Source: Planctomycetota bacterium (GTDB taxonomy: Bacteria > Planctomycetota > UBA1135 > UBA2386). From it: a stretch of 64,000 nt of DNA. The notes beneath the pieces are model-generated. The model was not told the origin of the DNA and did not search any database. It worked only from the letters and a program-made list of their open reading frames with translations. Positions 9,267 through 19,066 of the stretch are shown piece after piece. Numbering within the stretch: the first letter of the stretch is position 1; every line of letters begins with the position of its first letter. The stretch spans positions 6,336,001 to 6,400,000 of the forward strand of contig OZ245838.1 in NCBI GenBank assembly GCA_965228735.1, given 5' to 3'. The position numbers were made by a program, and so were the translations under genes.

Positions 9267-10640
9267 ATGCGCCGGGCTCTGGTTCTGCTCACGGCATCGC
9301 TCGCGTCGACATCGCTACCAGCCCAATGGGGAGCGGTGTCGACGACGGGCACTCCGGCTCCGCGCTCGGACGCGCTCCTCGCCTACGACCTGCCGAACCA
9401 GCGCATGCTGTTGTTCGGCGGGAACTGGAGCAACGACTTCTACAGCCTGCAGAACGGCGTCTACACCGCGCTGACGCCGGCGTCACTGCCGGGAGCGCGG
9501 ACTCGCGCCGCGATCGCGGTCGACTCCATCCTCGGCACCGTGGTGCTGTACGGCGGCGACGGGGGCGGAAGCCAGCTCGCGCTCGACGAAACGTGGCTCT
9601 GGAACGGGACCGACTGGCAGTTGCTGCAGACGACGGTCTCGCCGGGCGGTCTGGCGCGTCACTGCATGGCGTTCGACGTGGCTCGGCAGGAGACCGTGCT
9701 GTTCGGTGGTCGCCAGAACAGCTGGAACAGCACCCAGGCCTTCGGCGACACGTGGGTGTTCGACGGCACGGACTGGGCGATGGCGACGCCGCTGAACTCG
9801 CCGCCAGCGCGCCTGAACGCCGCGTTGGCGTATCACCCGGCGCTCGGCGGGGTGATGCTCCATGGTGGCGAGGATCCGCAGAGTGGTGCGCTGGGTGACT
9901 CCTGGTGGTTCGATGGCCTCGATTGGACGCAGCTGCCGACGACCGGGAACCAACCCTCACCGCGGAGCAAGGCCAACCTCGTGCCGATCCTCGGGCGCGC
10001 GGTGGTCGTGCTCCACGGCGGTGAAGATCCGACGACCCTCCAGATCCAGAACGACACCTGGGAGCACGACGGTTCGAGTTGGCGTCGCGTCGACAACGTC
10101 TACGGCGGCATCTACCCCGCGCGCCGCGGGGCCGCGGTGGCGCACGACTTCGCGCTGGACCGCCTCGTGGCGGTCGGCGGCAAGCTCGCCAACGGATCGT
10201 TGCGGAACGACACCTGGGAATACGGGGCGCAGTGGCAGCGGTTCGGAACCGGCTGCCCGGGCTCGAACGGCCGGCCGGACCTCGCCGGCGGCTCGCTGCC
10301 GCGGCTGGGGTTCACGTGCACGGCGGCGGTGACCAACCTGCCGCCCAGTGCGGGGGCAGCGATCATGACGGTCGGGCTCTCGCGCCAGCAGTGGGCCTTC
10401 GGTTCGCTGCCGATGCTCCTCGACCCGTTCGGCATGACGGGTTGCCGCGCCTACGCCAGCGCCGAGGTCGCGACTGCGGTCGCGGCGGTGGCCGGGGTCG
10501 CGAACTGGAGCTGGGCCGTGCCGAGCGATCCCGCGTTCGTCGGGCAGCCGTTCCATCTGCAGGCGATCGTCGTCGACCCGGCGGCCAACGCTGCCGGCGC
10601 GACCGTCTCCAACGCCGCCACGATGGTCGTCGGTTGGTAG
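9267..10640 (+). CDS. Secreted Kelch-like beta-propeller protein (tandem paralog) with the shared C-terminal domain
   Basis: ATG 2 nt after the upstream stop. Signal MRRALVLL...LPAQ. LFGG...DTW.(F/H)DG..W repeats. Confidence 0.85.
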   Translation: MRRALVLLTASLASTSLPAQWGAVSTTGTPAPRSDALLAYDLPNQRMLLFGGNWSNDFYSLQNGVYTALTPASLPGARTRAAIAVDSILGTVVLYGGDGGGSQLALDETWLWNGTDWQLLQTTVSPGGLARHCMAFDVARQETVLFGGRQNSWNSTQAFGDTWVFDGTDWAMATPLNSPPARLNAALAYHPALGGVMLHGGEDPQSGALGDSWWFDGLDWTQLPTTGNQPSPRSKANLVPILGRAVVVLHGGEDPTTLQIQNDTWEHDGSSWRRVDNVYGGIYPARRGAAVAHDFALDRLVAVGGKLANGSLRNDTWEYGAQWQRFGTGCPGSNGRPDLAGGSLPRLGFTCTAAVTNLPPSAGAAIMTVGLSRQQWAFGSLPMLLDPFGMTGCRAYASAEVATAVAAVAGVANWSWAVPSDPAFVGQPFHLQAIVVDPAANAAGATVSNAATMVVGW

Positions 10641-10671
10641 GTCGGTGCTCGCTCGCCGAGCGCGGCCGCGC

Positions 10672-11118
10672 TCAGTCGAGCGACGCGAGGAACTGCGCCT
10701 TCCAGTGGTAGCCGTCGAGCAGCGTCTCGTCGTCGTCGCCGAGCAGGCGGCGGGCGAGGTAGAGCGCTTCGACCGATGCGAGGCCGCCGGCCGGGTCCTC
10801 GAAGGTCTGGCTCACGCGTGGATACGCGGTGACGACGTCGCCGGGGATCGAGCGCCGCACGGGTTCGCCATCGAGGCACTCGAACAGCTGCGGCAGCCAG
10901 CGCCACGTCGAGTCGAGCAGGAGCAGCGGGCGGCCCGCGTCCGCGGTCGACAGCGGTGGCGCGTCCACGGCGAGGATCGTGTAGCCCGTCGCGTCGAAGC
11001 GGAACGCCTTCGTCGCCTTGAGGAACGTCATCTCCGGGCGGTCGTGCAGGAAGCGCAGCGAACACTTGCTGATCCGCTCGCGCGGGTGGCGGATGACCGT
11101 CGTCGGGATCGATGTCAC
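10672..11118 (-). CDS. Tsr3/DTW (TDD)-superfamily aminocarboxypropyltransferase-like protein (DUF367-like)
   Basis: [42 protein letters not shown] start overlaps the upstream stop (GTGA). Confidence 0.7.
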   Translation of the reverse strand: MTSIPTTVIRHPRERISKCSLRFLHDRPEMTFLKATKAFRFDATGYTILAVDAPPLSTADAGRPLLLLDSTWRWLPQLFECLDGEPVRRSIPGDVVTAYPRVSQTFEDPAGGLASVEALYLARRLLGDDDETLLDGYHWKAQFLASLD

Positions 11119-12191
11119 GACGGCGCCTCCGCGCGCGGCGCTCCGAGCTGGCGCAGGACGGCGGCCTCGACTTTGCCGGTGTCGATGCCGAGAACGCACT
11201 GCGGGCTCACGCAGTCGCGCCGCGTGCACGGGCGGCACGGGACGTCGTGGCAGAGCACTTCGTGCTGAATCGGGCCCTTCGAGTCGCGGCCGTGCGAGCG
11301 CGGACCGTAGCGGGCGGTGTCCTTGGGGCCGAAGAGCGCGACGCAACGCGTCCCGGCGAGGGCTGCGAGGTGCAGCGGGCCGGTGTCGGCCGCGACCATG
11401 ACGTCGCACTCACCGAGCACGCCGGTCAGGCCGCGCAGTCCGAGCGAGGTGCCGTCGACGGCGCGGACGCGGTCGCGCTCGAGGAGCGGTGCCGCGAGCT
11501 CACGTTCGCCGGGGCCGAAACCGACCGCGACACCGAGCCCGCGGTCGAGCAGGCGCCCGGCGAGATCGACGAACTTGTCGATCGGCCAACGCTTGAACGG
11601 CGCGAACGCCGACGTGCCCGGGAACAGCATGACGAGCGGTCGCGTGACGCCGGCCAGCAGGTCGGGCGGCGGCGGGGTCGCGGCGAGCGTCGGCGCGGCT
11701 GGCTGCCCCGACAGTCCGATCGCGGCCAGGAGTCGATGGCCGATGTCGGCGCGATGCTGCGGTGTGCCCGGCATCGGCACGCGGCGAGTGAACACCCGCT
11801 CGGCGCCCTCGCGCGCGGTCGGCGCGTCCGGCCCGATCTTGTGCGTGGCGCGCACGCACCGCACGTGCAGCGCGCTCTTCTGGATCGCGTGCAGGTCGAG
11901 CAGCACGTCGTAGCGCGGGCGGCGGCGCAGACGCAGCAGGCTGCCCGGGATTCGCAGGCGATGGCGCCGCGGGTAGACGAGGACCTCGTCGATCTGCGGA
12001 TGGTCCGCGAGCAGGCTCGCGAAGCGATCCTCGACGAGGAAGTCGATCGTGACATCCGGTCGTTCGCGTCGCAGCGCCGCGACCGTCTCGAGCGCGAACA
12101 GCACGTCGCCGAGCGCCGATAGCCGCACGACGAGCACGCGCCCGCCGGGCGGGAGTATCCGTGCCGCGGGCAATCCGTCGTCGCTGGCCAT
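11115..12191 (-). CDS. Glycosyltransferase family 9 (LPS heptosyltransferase)
   Basis: [29 protein letters not shown]. Start uncertain (12191 or 12212). Confidence 0.9.
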   Translation of the reverse strand: MASDDGLPAARILPPGGRVLVVRLSALGDVLFALETVAALRRERPDVTIDFLVEDRFASLLADHPQIDEVLVYPRRHRLRIPGSLLRLRRRPRYDVLLDLHAIQKSALHVRCVRATHKIGPDAPTAREGAERVFTRRVPMPGTPQHRADIGHRLLAAIGLSGQPAAPTLAATPPPPDLLAGVTRPLVMLFPGTSAFAPFKRWPIDKFVDLAGRLLDRGLGVAVGFGPGERELAAPLLERDRVRAVDGTSLGLRGLTGVLGECDVMVAADTGPLHLAALAGTRCVALFGPKDTARYGPRSHGRDSKGPIQHEVLCHDVPCRPCTRRDCVSPQCVLGIDTGKVEAAVLRQLGAPRAEAPS

Positions 12192-12463
12192 GGCGGTGCG
12201 AGCATTGGGCATCGCCGAGGCGTGTTCCAGCCCAATCAGCTGCCGGCAGCGTCGCTCCCACCGCCGGATGTCGACCGCGAGCCGCCTCGTGTTGGTGAAC
12301 TGCGGGTCAGGTCGGCTCCCTGCGCGGTCGCGGTCGAGGTGGCGAGCTTGCGGTGGCGGGGAACCTGACCGAATCCGGGGTGGGAACTCGAGTCGGGAAC
12401 AGGAGGTCGTTCGGAGAAACCCCCGCGCTGTGTTCTGGCCTGGCCTTACGCTGATGGCCACCA

Positions 12464-13276
12464 ATGAGCGCTCCGGACGGATTCATCGAAGTGCGCCAGG
12501 GATCGGCGTTCGGCTGGCTGCGTAGCGACGTGGCGGGCCTCGGGCTCGACCCGTTCTGGGCCACGCCGGAGCCGCTGCCCGGTGCGAAGGGGCGCGGCGG
12601 GGTCGGCGTGCTCGAACTGCCCGAGCACGAGGTCGTCGTGCGGCCGTGCCGGCGTGGCGGCGCGCTCGGGTCGTTGCTCAAGGACCGCTACGCGTCGGCC
12701 AACCGCGTGCGCAGCGAGATCGAGGTCTTGCTCGCTCTGCGAAACGAGGGGGTGCCGACGGTCGCCCCGATCGCCGCGGTGGGCAAGCGGCACGGCGCGT
12801 TCTGGCGGTTGCGCATGTGCACGGAGCGCGTCCCTGACGCCGAGGCGTTGCCCGCGTTCCTCGCGCGCGAACCCGATGCGCGGCGGCGCACGGCGGAAGC
12901 GGTCGGCACGTTGCTCAAGCTCGCGTTCGCCGCGGGATTGCAACACCCGGACCTGCATCTCGACAACATCCTGTGCAGCAGGCGCGGCGAGCGCGTGCGC
13001 GCCGTTCTCGTCGACCTCGACCGCGCGCGCGTCAAGCCGCCGCTCGAGCAGCGGGACACCGACGCGATGCTCGTTCGCATGGCGCGCTACGTCGTGCGCC
13101 ACAAGGGCCGGATGGCCGCGGTGCCGACGCGGGCCGAAGAACTGCGACTGCTGCGTGCGCTCGGCCTCTCGCGTGCCGATCGGAAGACGACCTACGCGCG
13201 CCTGCGCCAGAAGCTGCAGCGGTCGCTGAAGAACCGCAGCTGGCTGCGCTCGAAGACGGCAACGGCGGCAGAGTAG
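12464..13276 (+). CDS. Lipopolysaccharide/Kdo kinase (Kdo/WaaP/InaA family)
   Basis: GRGG, RRGG, HPDLHLDNIL, VDLDRA. Confidence 0.8.
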   Translation: MSAPDGFIEVRQGSAFGWLRSDVAGLGLDPFWATPEPLPGAKGRGGVGVLELPEHEVVVRPCRRGGALGSLLKDRYASANRVRSEIEVLLALRNEGVPTVAPIAAVGKRHGAFWRLRMCTERVPDAEALPAFLAREPDARRRTAEAVGTLLKLAFAAGLQHPDLHLDNILCSRRGERVRAVLVDLDRARVKPPLEQRDTDAMLVRMARYVVRHKGRMAAVPTRAEELRLLRALGLSRADRKTTYARLRQKLQRSLKNRSWLRSKTATAAE

Positions 13277-13289
13277 GCCCGGACGGCGG

Positions 13290-14384
13290 TCAGCTGCCGG
13301 CGGTCTTCAATTCACGGTCGGCGAGTGAGCGCAGGTAGTCGGCGCGGGTGCGCAGGGCTTTGCGTTCGCCTTCGACGACCTCGAGCGAGTTGCGGATCGC
13401 GTCGTCGATCTCGGTCATGAACGTCGCGCGGTCGCCCATCGCCACGAGGCGCTCGCGGAACTTCGGGACGTCGTAGTCGCACTGCATCCAGAGCCAGCGC
13501 GAGCGGCGGATCAGCGGTTCGTATCTCGCGTCGATGATCGGATCGGCCACGACGTAGGTGGCGGCGGCCGCGAGCACCAGCGAGCGGTAGACGCGGTGCT
13601 CCTGGAAGCCCTCGCGGATCTTCTGGTAGAGGCGGGTGCGCCGGCGATCGGGGGGGATCGGTGACCGAAACGAGCGCGTGTGGCGCACGTGCCGCGCGAA
13701 CGCGATCGCGTCGGTGTCCGGGACCTCGACGATCTTGCCGGAGTTCCACGCTGCGAACATCGTGACGCCCTCGTAGACCCCGCCGATCCGGTCGGCGTAG
13801 AGGTGGCCGAAGAACTCGGCGAGCGGGCGCTGGGCGGCGTCGTGGTCCAGATCCCGGACGATCTGGGCGATTGCCTGATCCGCGCCGGGCAGGTAGCCCC
13901 GGACGTAGTTCTCGAACCGCTCCGCGTCGCTGAGGCTGTCCCGCACGCGAACCACCTTGCCGGTGCGCCAGTCGTAGACCACGCGCGCATGCAGGTCGGG
14001 CAGGAACTCGATCTCGGCCATCCCGGCGGTGCCCTGCCGGTGCCTGCTGCTGCCCGCCGTCACGCGCGACCGCTGCTTCGCGACCGGCGCGTAGTCGGCG
14101 GTGTCATAGAACGGGATCTGCTCCTGCTCGGGGTAGCTGCGGATGCCGCGCTCGAACATGAACACGCGGCGCAGGACGGCATCGCTGTGGCGCTGCAGCC
14201 GCCGCTCCATGTTGCGCACGACGGTGTTCTGGCGGTCGCGATCGAGTTGTCCGAAGCGTTGGATCAGGTCCGCGGCCGCGGGCGGCGGCGCGTCCTGGGT
14301 ACGGAGGGCCGCAGGGGCGGCGGTGAGCGCGATGGTGCCCGCGGCGACGATGCGGAGCGCGCGGCCGTTCGTGGTGCCGTTCAT
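13290..14384 (-). CDS. Hypothetical secreted protein
   Basis: Plausible composition, signal-peptide-like N-terminus, ATGA overlap with the deacylase stop. Confidence 0.65.
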   Translation of the reverse strand: MNGTTNGRALRIVAAGTIALTAAPAALRTQDAPPPAAADLIQRFGQLDRDRQNTVVRNMERRLQRHSDAVLRRVFMFERGIRSYPEQEQIPFYDTADYAPVAKQRSRVTAGSSRHRQGTAGMAEIEFLPDLHARVVYDWRTGKVVRVRDSLSDAERFENYVRGYLPGADQAIAQIVRDLDHDAAQRPLAEFFGHLYADRIGGVYEGVTMFAAWNSGKIVEVPDTDAIAFARHVRHTRSFRSPIPPDRRRTRLYQKIREGFQEHRVYRSLVLAAAATYVVADPIIDARYEPLIRRSRWLWMQCDYDVPKFRERLVAMGDRATFMTEIDDAIRNSLEVVEGERKALRTRADYLRSLADRELKTAGS

Positions 14385-16036
14385 CGATCGCTCGATGCCG
14401 TTCCGGGACGACGCAGCACCATGCCGGCGCGTAACCCGGTGAGCTTGCCGTCGCTGACTGCGAGCTGGCCGTTCACGAACACGTGCGCGATGCCGACCGG
14501 CGGTTCGATCGGAGCCTGGAACGTCGCCATGTCGCGCACCTTCTCGGGGTCGAACACGACGAGGTCCGCGAACGCGCCGACCCGCAACGCGCCGCGGTCG
14601 TGCAGCCCGAAGATCGCAGCCGGCAGCGACGACATCTTGTGGACCGCCGTCGCGAGGTCGATCACGCTGCGGTCGCGCACGAAGCGGGCGAGCACCCGCG
14701 CATTGTTGCCGGCGCCGCGCGGGTGGGGGCGCGACGTGCCGGACAGGCTCCGCACCCCGGCGTCGCTCGCGACCGCGATCCAGTCCTGCTGCATGTAGGC
14801 GTCGACGTCCCGGTCCGCCATCACGTGGTAGACCATGCTGACGCGGCTCGGCGCGGCGTCGCAGAACAGCTTGATCGCGAGGTCGGCCTGGCGTTCACGG
14901 CTGCCCTCGCCGAACTCGATCGCAGCGGCCTCGGGGATGAGCTTGCCGTTCAGCTTCGCGTTGCCGCGCGCGGACGCGATGCGGCAGTACGAGAAGTCGC
15001 CGAAACCGACGCGGTCCATCTTCTGCAGCAGGCCGGCGTGGATCCGGGCGCGATACTCCTGGTCCGACGCCAGCTTCCGCGCGAACTCCTCACGGCCGAC
15101 GTCGAGCTCCGCGGTCGGGAACAGCACGTCGAGGCCGGTCGACGACGCCGCGTAGGCGTATTGGTCGGCCGTGACCCGAACGCCCTTGGCGCGGGCTCGG
15201 CGCAGCATCTCGAGCATCTCGGTCGACCGGCCGTGGTTCTTCTTGCCGCTGTTCTTGATGTGCGAGATGTGGACCGCGCAGTCGGCGGCCTCGCCGATCG
15301 CGAGCGCCTCCTCGATCGCCGTCGTCATGTGGTCGTTCTCGTTTCGCATGTGCGAGACGTAGAAGCCGCCGGCTGCGCTGGCGATCTTCGCGAGCGCCGC
15401 GATCTCCTCGGTCTTGGCGTAGGTGCCGGGCACGTAGATCAGGCCCGTCGACAGTCCGAACGCGCCGGCGTCCATGGCGCGCTGCACGAGGCCCTGCATG
15501 CGTTCGAGTTCGGCGGGGTTCGGCGCCCGGTCCGCGGTCCCGAGCACGGCCCGGCGCACGGTGGCGTGGCCCACCAGGCTGCCGTAGTTGATGCCGATGC
15601 CGCCGCGCTCGATGCGATCGTAGTGCTTCGCGAGATCCTGCACGGACGAGCCGCAGTTGCCGGTGATGAGCGTCGTGACGCCCATGAGCAGGAAGTTGCG
15701 GCAATGCGCCCGTCGGATCACCTGCGCGTCGGCGTGGCCGTGCACATCGACGAACCCGGGGGCGACGTGCAAGCCGTTGAGGTGCAGCAGCGGGGTGCCG
15801 GGCGGCACGTCGAACTCGCCGATCGCCGCGATGCGGCCGTCTCGGATCCCCAGGTCGCCGCTTGCGATCGTGCGCGCGATGCCGTCGATCAGCTTGCCGC
15901 CCTTCAGCACCAGGTCGAACCGCAACGGTTCGGCCTGGGCCAGCAGCGGCGCGGCCATCACGGCGAGTGCGACCGCCAGCAGCCGCACGAGCCCGGTCTG
16001 TCGATTGGTGGCGCAGCGCCGCTTCTCGGTGTGCAT
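14381..16036 (-). CDS. N-acyl-D-amino-acid deacylase (amidohydrolase) with signal peptide
   Basis: APGFVDVHGHAD, GNCG, GLSTGLIYVPG, SHMRNE, HISHIK, PHPRG, ADLVVFDP. Confidence 0.9.
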   Translation of the reverse strand: MHTEKRRCATNRQTGLVRLLAVALAVMAAPLLAQAEPLRFDLVLKGGKLIDGIARTIASGDLGIRDGRIAAIGEFDVPPGTPLLHLNGLHVAPGFVDVHGHADAQVIRRAHCRNFLLMGVTTLITGNCGSSVQDLAKHYDRIERGGIGINYGSLVGHATVRRAVLGTADRAPNPAELERMQGLVQRAMDAGAFGLSTGLIYVPGTYAKTEEIAALAKIASAAGGFYVSHMRNENDHMTTAIEEALAIGEAADCAVHISHIKNSGKKNHGRSTEMLEMLRRARAKGVRVTADQYAYAASSTGLDVLFPTAELDVGREEFARKLASDQEYRARIHAGLLQKMDRVGFGDFSYCRIASARGNAKLNGKLIPEAAAIEFGEGSRERQADLAIKLFCDAAPSRVSMVYHVMADRDVDAYMQQDWIAVASDAGVRSLSGTSRPHPRGAGNNARVLARFVRDRSVIDLATAVHKMSSLPAAIFGLHDRGALRVGAFADLVVFDPEKVRDMATFQAPIEPPVGIAHVFVNGQLAVSDGKLTGLRAGMVLRRPGTASSDR

Positions 16037-16123
16037 CGCGGCAGGGTAGCCGGGGCGGGCCTCAAGTCGACACCCCCGCCGCCTCGATAGCCCCGGTGAC
16101 GCCGATGATACGGCGCGCAGTCC

Positions 16124-17353
16124 ATGAGCGATCCCGTCCTCACCGCGATGGTCTCGACCTACGCCAGCGAGCGCTACCTCGCGGGGTGCCTCGACAGTCT
16201 GCTCGAGCAGACGATCGCGGACCGGATCGAGATCGTCGTCGTCGATGCCTGCTCGCCGGAGCGGGAAGGCGAGATCGTGCGTGCCTATCAGCAGCGGCAC
16301 CCCGGCATCCGTTACGTCAGGGCGGCAGAACGCGAGAACACGTCGCGGTCGTTCGACCGAGCCACCGCCATGGCGCGCGGGCGCTACCTCACGACGGCGA
16401 ACGCGGACGATCGCCATCATCCTGATCTCGCGCGCGTCCTGACGACCGCGCTCGACCAGCACGCCGACGTCGGCATCGTCTACGCCGACTCGCTCGTCAC
16501 CCACGGGGACAACGAGACGTTCGCGGTCAACTCGGCGAACAAGCTCTACGCCTGGCCCGACTACACGCCTACGACGGCGCTGTCGTGTTGCCTGTTCGGC
16601 GCGCAGCCGGTCTGGCGGCGGGCCGCCCACGAGCTCGTCGGGGGCTGGAACCCGGACTACCGGTATGCGAACGACCAGGACATGTTCCTGCGCATCGCGT
16701 TCGCCTGTGGCGCGCTGCACGTGCGTGAATCGCTCGGCCTGTTCCTCATGCGGTCCGACAGCGTGAGCGGCAGCGGCAGCCGCGAGCCGACGCTGCAGCA
16801 GGTGCTCGCGATCATGCGGCACTACCGCACCACGACTCCCCTCGAGGTCGTGTTCCCGCGGCTCGCGGAGACCGCGGCCGCGGATCTGCCGATGGCGACC
16901 GCCGCGGCGTTGTTCGAGCTCGGCAACCTCTGCGCGCTCGGGCCGTACACCGACGCTGCGCTGGCGCTGCAGTGCTACGACCGGGCCGCGCGTCTCGCCG
17001 TGCCGAGCGAACTGCTGCCGAGCGTCCGCGCCGGCTTCGCCAACAACAGCGGCGCGCTGCTCGCGTGTGCCGGCCTCGAGGAGCAGGCCGAACGCACGCT
17101 CGCCCTGGCCGGAACGCAACCGGCGGCGCGGCACAACGTCGAACGATTGCGGCAGGGCTCCGCCGCTGCGGCACCACCGCGACCGGGCGAGATGCGGTTC
17201 GTCTCGTTCGACCATCCGGTCGTGCAGGCCAGCCGCACCGCGGTCGGGATCGAACTCGGTCACCACGGTGAACCGGTGGTGGGCGAGCCGGCCGTGCGGT
17301 GCCCGTGGGACGTCTTCGACGGTCCCGCCGGCGTGCTGCGCCCGATCGCGTGA
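16124..17353 (+). CDS. Glycosyltransferase family 2 with TPR-like C-terminus
   Basis: STY...YL..CLDSLLEQT..IEIVVVDACS, ARGRYLTTANADD (DxD-like). Confidence 0.85.
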   Translation: MSDPVLTAMVSTYASERYLAGCLDSLLEQTIADRIEIVVVDACSPEREGEIVRAYQQRHPGIRYVRAAERENTSRSFDRATAMARGRYLTTANADDRHHPDLARVLTTALDQHADVGIVYADSLVTHGDNETFAVNSANKLYAWPDYTPTTALSCCLFGAQPVWRRAAHELVGGWNPDYRYANDQDMFLRIAFACGALHVRESLGLFLMRSDSVSGSGSREPTLQQVLAIMRHYRTTTPLEVVFPRLAETAAADLPMATAAALFELGNLCALGPYTDAALALQCYDRAARLAVPSELLPSVRAGFANNSGALLACAGLEEQAERTLALAGTQPAARHNVERLRQGSAAAAPPRPGEMRFVSFDHPVVQASRTAVGIELGHHGEPVVGEPAVRCPWDVFDGPAGVLRPIA

Positions 17354-17376
17354 GAAATCGGTAGAGTGGCGGCGCC

Positions 17377-19062
17377 ATGCCGACGCTCGCGCCGATGCCA
17401 GAACCGACGAAGTGCGGGATGCGGGGCCTGCTCGCGATCGCGTTGTCGGTCGGCCTGGTGAGCGCCCAGTCGACCTGGCCCGCGCCGCCGACGCCGCCGG
17501 GCAATCCGACGACGACGGCGAAGGTCCTGCTCGGGCAGGCGCTGTTCTGGGACGAACAGCTGTCGTCGACGGGCACGGTCGCGTGCGGCACGTGCCACGT
17601 CTTCTCGCACGGCGGCGCCGATCCGCGCGCGCTGGACGCGGTGCATCCGGGGCCGGACGGGGTCTTCGGTACCCCGGACGATGGCCGTGGTTCGCCGGGC
17701 GTGCCGCCGAGCGACGGCGCCGGCCGCTACGGCTGGGTGCCGGCGACCGGGTCGAGCCCGCAGCTGACGCGGCGCACGTCGCCAACCGTGATCAACGCGG
17801 CGTTCCAGCGGTCGCAGTTCTGGGACGGCGTCGTGGAGAGCGGTGTCTTCCGCGATCCCGTGACCGGCGTGGTCGTGCTGCAGCAGGACGCGTTCCTCGA
17901 GAACCAGATCGCCGTGCCGCCGCTGAGCGCAGCCGAGATGGGGCACCCGGGGCGGGACTGGCAGGACGTCGTGCGCGCCGTGCGGCGCCAGGTGCCGCTC
18001 GCGCTCGCGAGCGGGTTGCCGCCGCGACTCGCGACGTTCGTGCACGGGCGGCGCTACGCCGAGCTCTTCGAGCGCGCGTTCGGTTCGCCCGGCGTCGACG
18101 CGGCGCGCATCGTCATGGCGATCGCGGCCTACATGCGAACGCTCGTGGCCGACCGGTCGCCGATCGACCTGTTCCTCCGCGGGCAGGCGCCGTTCCCGGC
18201 GGGCGCGACCAACGGCTTCGTCGAGTTCGGCGCGCGGTGCTCGCAGTGTCACAAGGACCTGAGCACGGCGTCCGTGCTCGAGGGCCCTGCGAGCATCGAC
18301 TTCCGCAATACCGGTGTGCGGCCACCGGGCGAGGACCGCGGCCGCTTCCTCGTCACGCAGGACCCGGCGGACGACGGGAAGTTCAAGAGCGTCGATCTGC
18401 GGAACGTCGCGTTGCGCGGGCCGTTCTTCCACAACGGCAGCGCGCGGACCCTGACCGAGGTGCTGCAGTTCTACGATCGCGGCGGGGACTTCGCGGCCAA
18501 CCGCGATCCGCTCGTGACCGCGTTGCAGGGGCAGCTGCCGCCGATCACGCGCGCGGAGATCCTCGCGTTCCTGCACGAGCTCACGGACCCGCGGGTCGCG
18601 GCCGAGACGCCGCCGTTCGACCGGCCGCGGCTGTTCCACGAGGGCGTGCGCGCGCCGCGGCTCCTCGGCACGGAGTCGGCGTGCGGGGCGGCGCCAGCCC
18701 CTCGGGTGATCGCCGTCGAGCCGGCGCTGTTGTCGCGCGGCGGCGTGACCGTTGCGGTCGACGGCGCGGACCCGGGCAGCCACGCGTTCCTCGGGCTCGA
18801 CGTCGCGGCCGCCGGAACGCCGCAGCTGCTCGGCGGCGTGGCCGTCTGGCTCGGACTGACGCCGGGAGTCGACGTGGTCTACGCCGGTAGGCTCAGCGCG
18901 CCGGCGGGCCCCGGCAGCGGTCACACCTCCGTGCGAGTGCCATTGCCGCAGCAGCCCGGCGCGGCCGGGCAGTCGCTGTTCGGGCAATGGTTCGTCACGA
19001 GCACGGGTTGCGCGAACGGGCTGGCGGCGTCGCGGGCGTTCGAGCTACGGTTGTTTCGCTGA
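17377..19062 (+). CDS. Di-heme cytochrome c peroxidase/MauG-family protein with the shared C-terminal domain
   Basis: LG.ALFWDEQLS, CGTCH and CSQCH heme motifs, FWDG, LRNVALRGPFFHNG. Start may be the ATG at 17419. Confidence 0.88.
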   Translation: MPTLAPMPEPTKCGMRGLLAIALSVGLVSAQSTWPAPPTPPGNPTTTAKVLLGQALFWDEQLSSTGTVACGTCHVFSHGGADPRALDAVHPGPDGVFGTPDDGRGSPGVPPSDGAGRYGWVPATGSSPQLTRRTSPTVINAAFQRSQFWDGVVESGVFRDPVTGVVVLQQDAFLENQIAVPPLSAAEMGHPGRDWQDVVRAVRRQVPLALASGLPPRLATFVHGRRYAELFERAFGSPGVDAARIVMAIAAYMRTLVADRSPIDLFLRGQAPFPAGATNGFVEFGARCSQCHKDLSTASVLEGPASIDFRNTGVRPPGEDRGRFLVTQDPADDGKFKSVDLRNVALRGPFFHNGSARTLTEVLQFYDRGGDFAANRDPLVTALQGQLPPITRAEILAFLHELTDPRVAAETPPFDRPRLFHEGVRAPRLLGTESACGAAPAPRVIAVEPALLSRGGVTVAVDGADPGSHAFLGLDVAAAGTPQLLGGVAVWLGLTPGVDVVYAGRLSAPAGPGSGHTSVRVPLPQQPGAAGQSLFGQWFVTSTGCANGLAASRAFELRLFR

Positions 19063-19066
19063 CGTC

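Noticed and set aside
14381..17785. 1134-aa deacylase as listed in the track
   Set aside because: The extension is antisense to the GT2 and CcP genes. The signal peptide supports a start at 16036.
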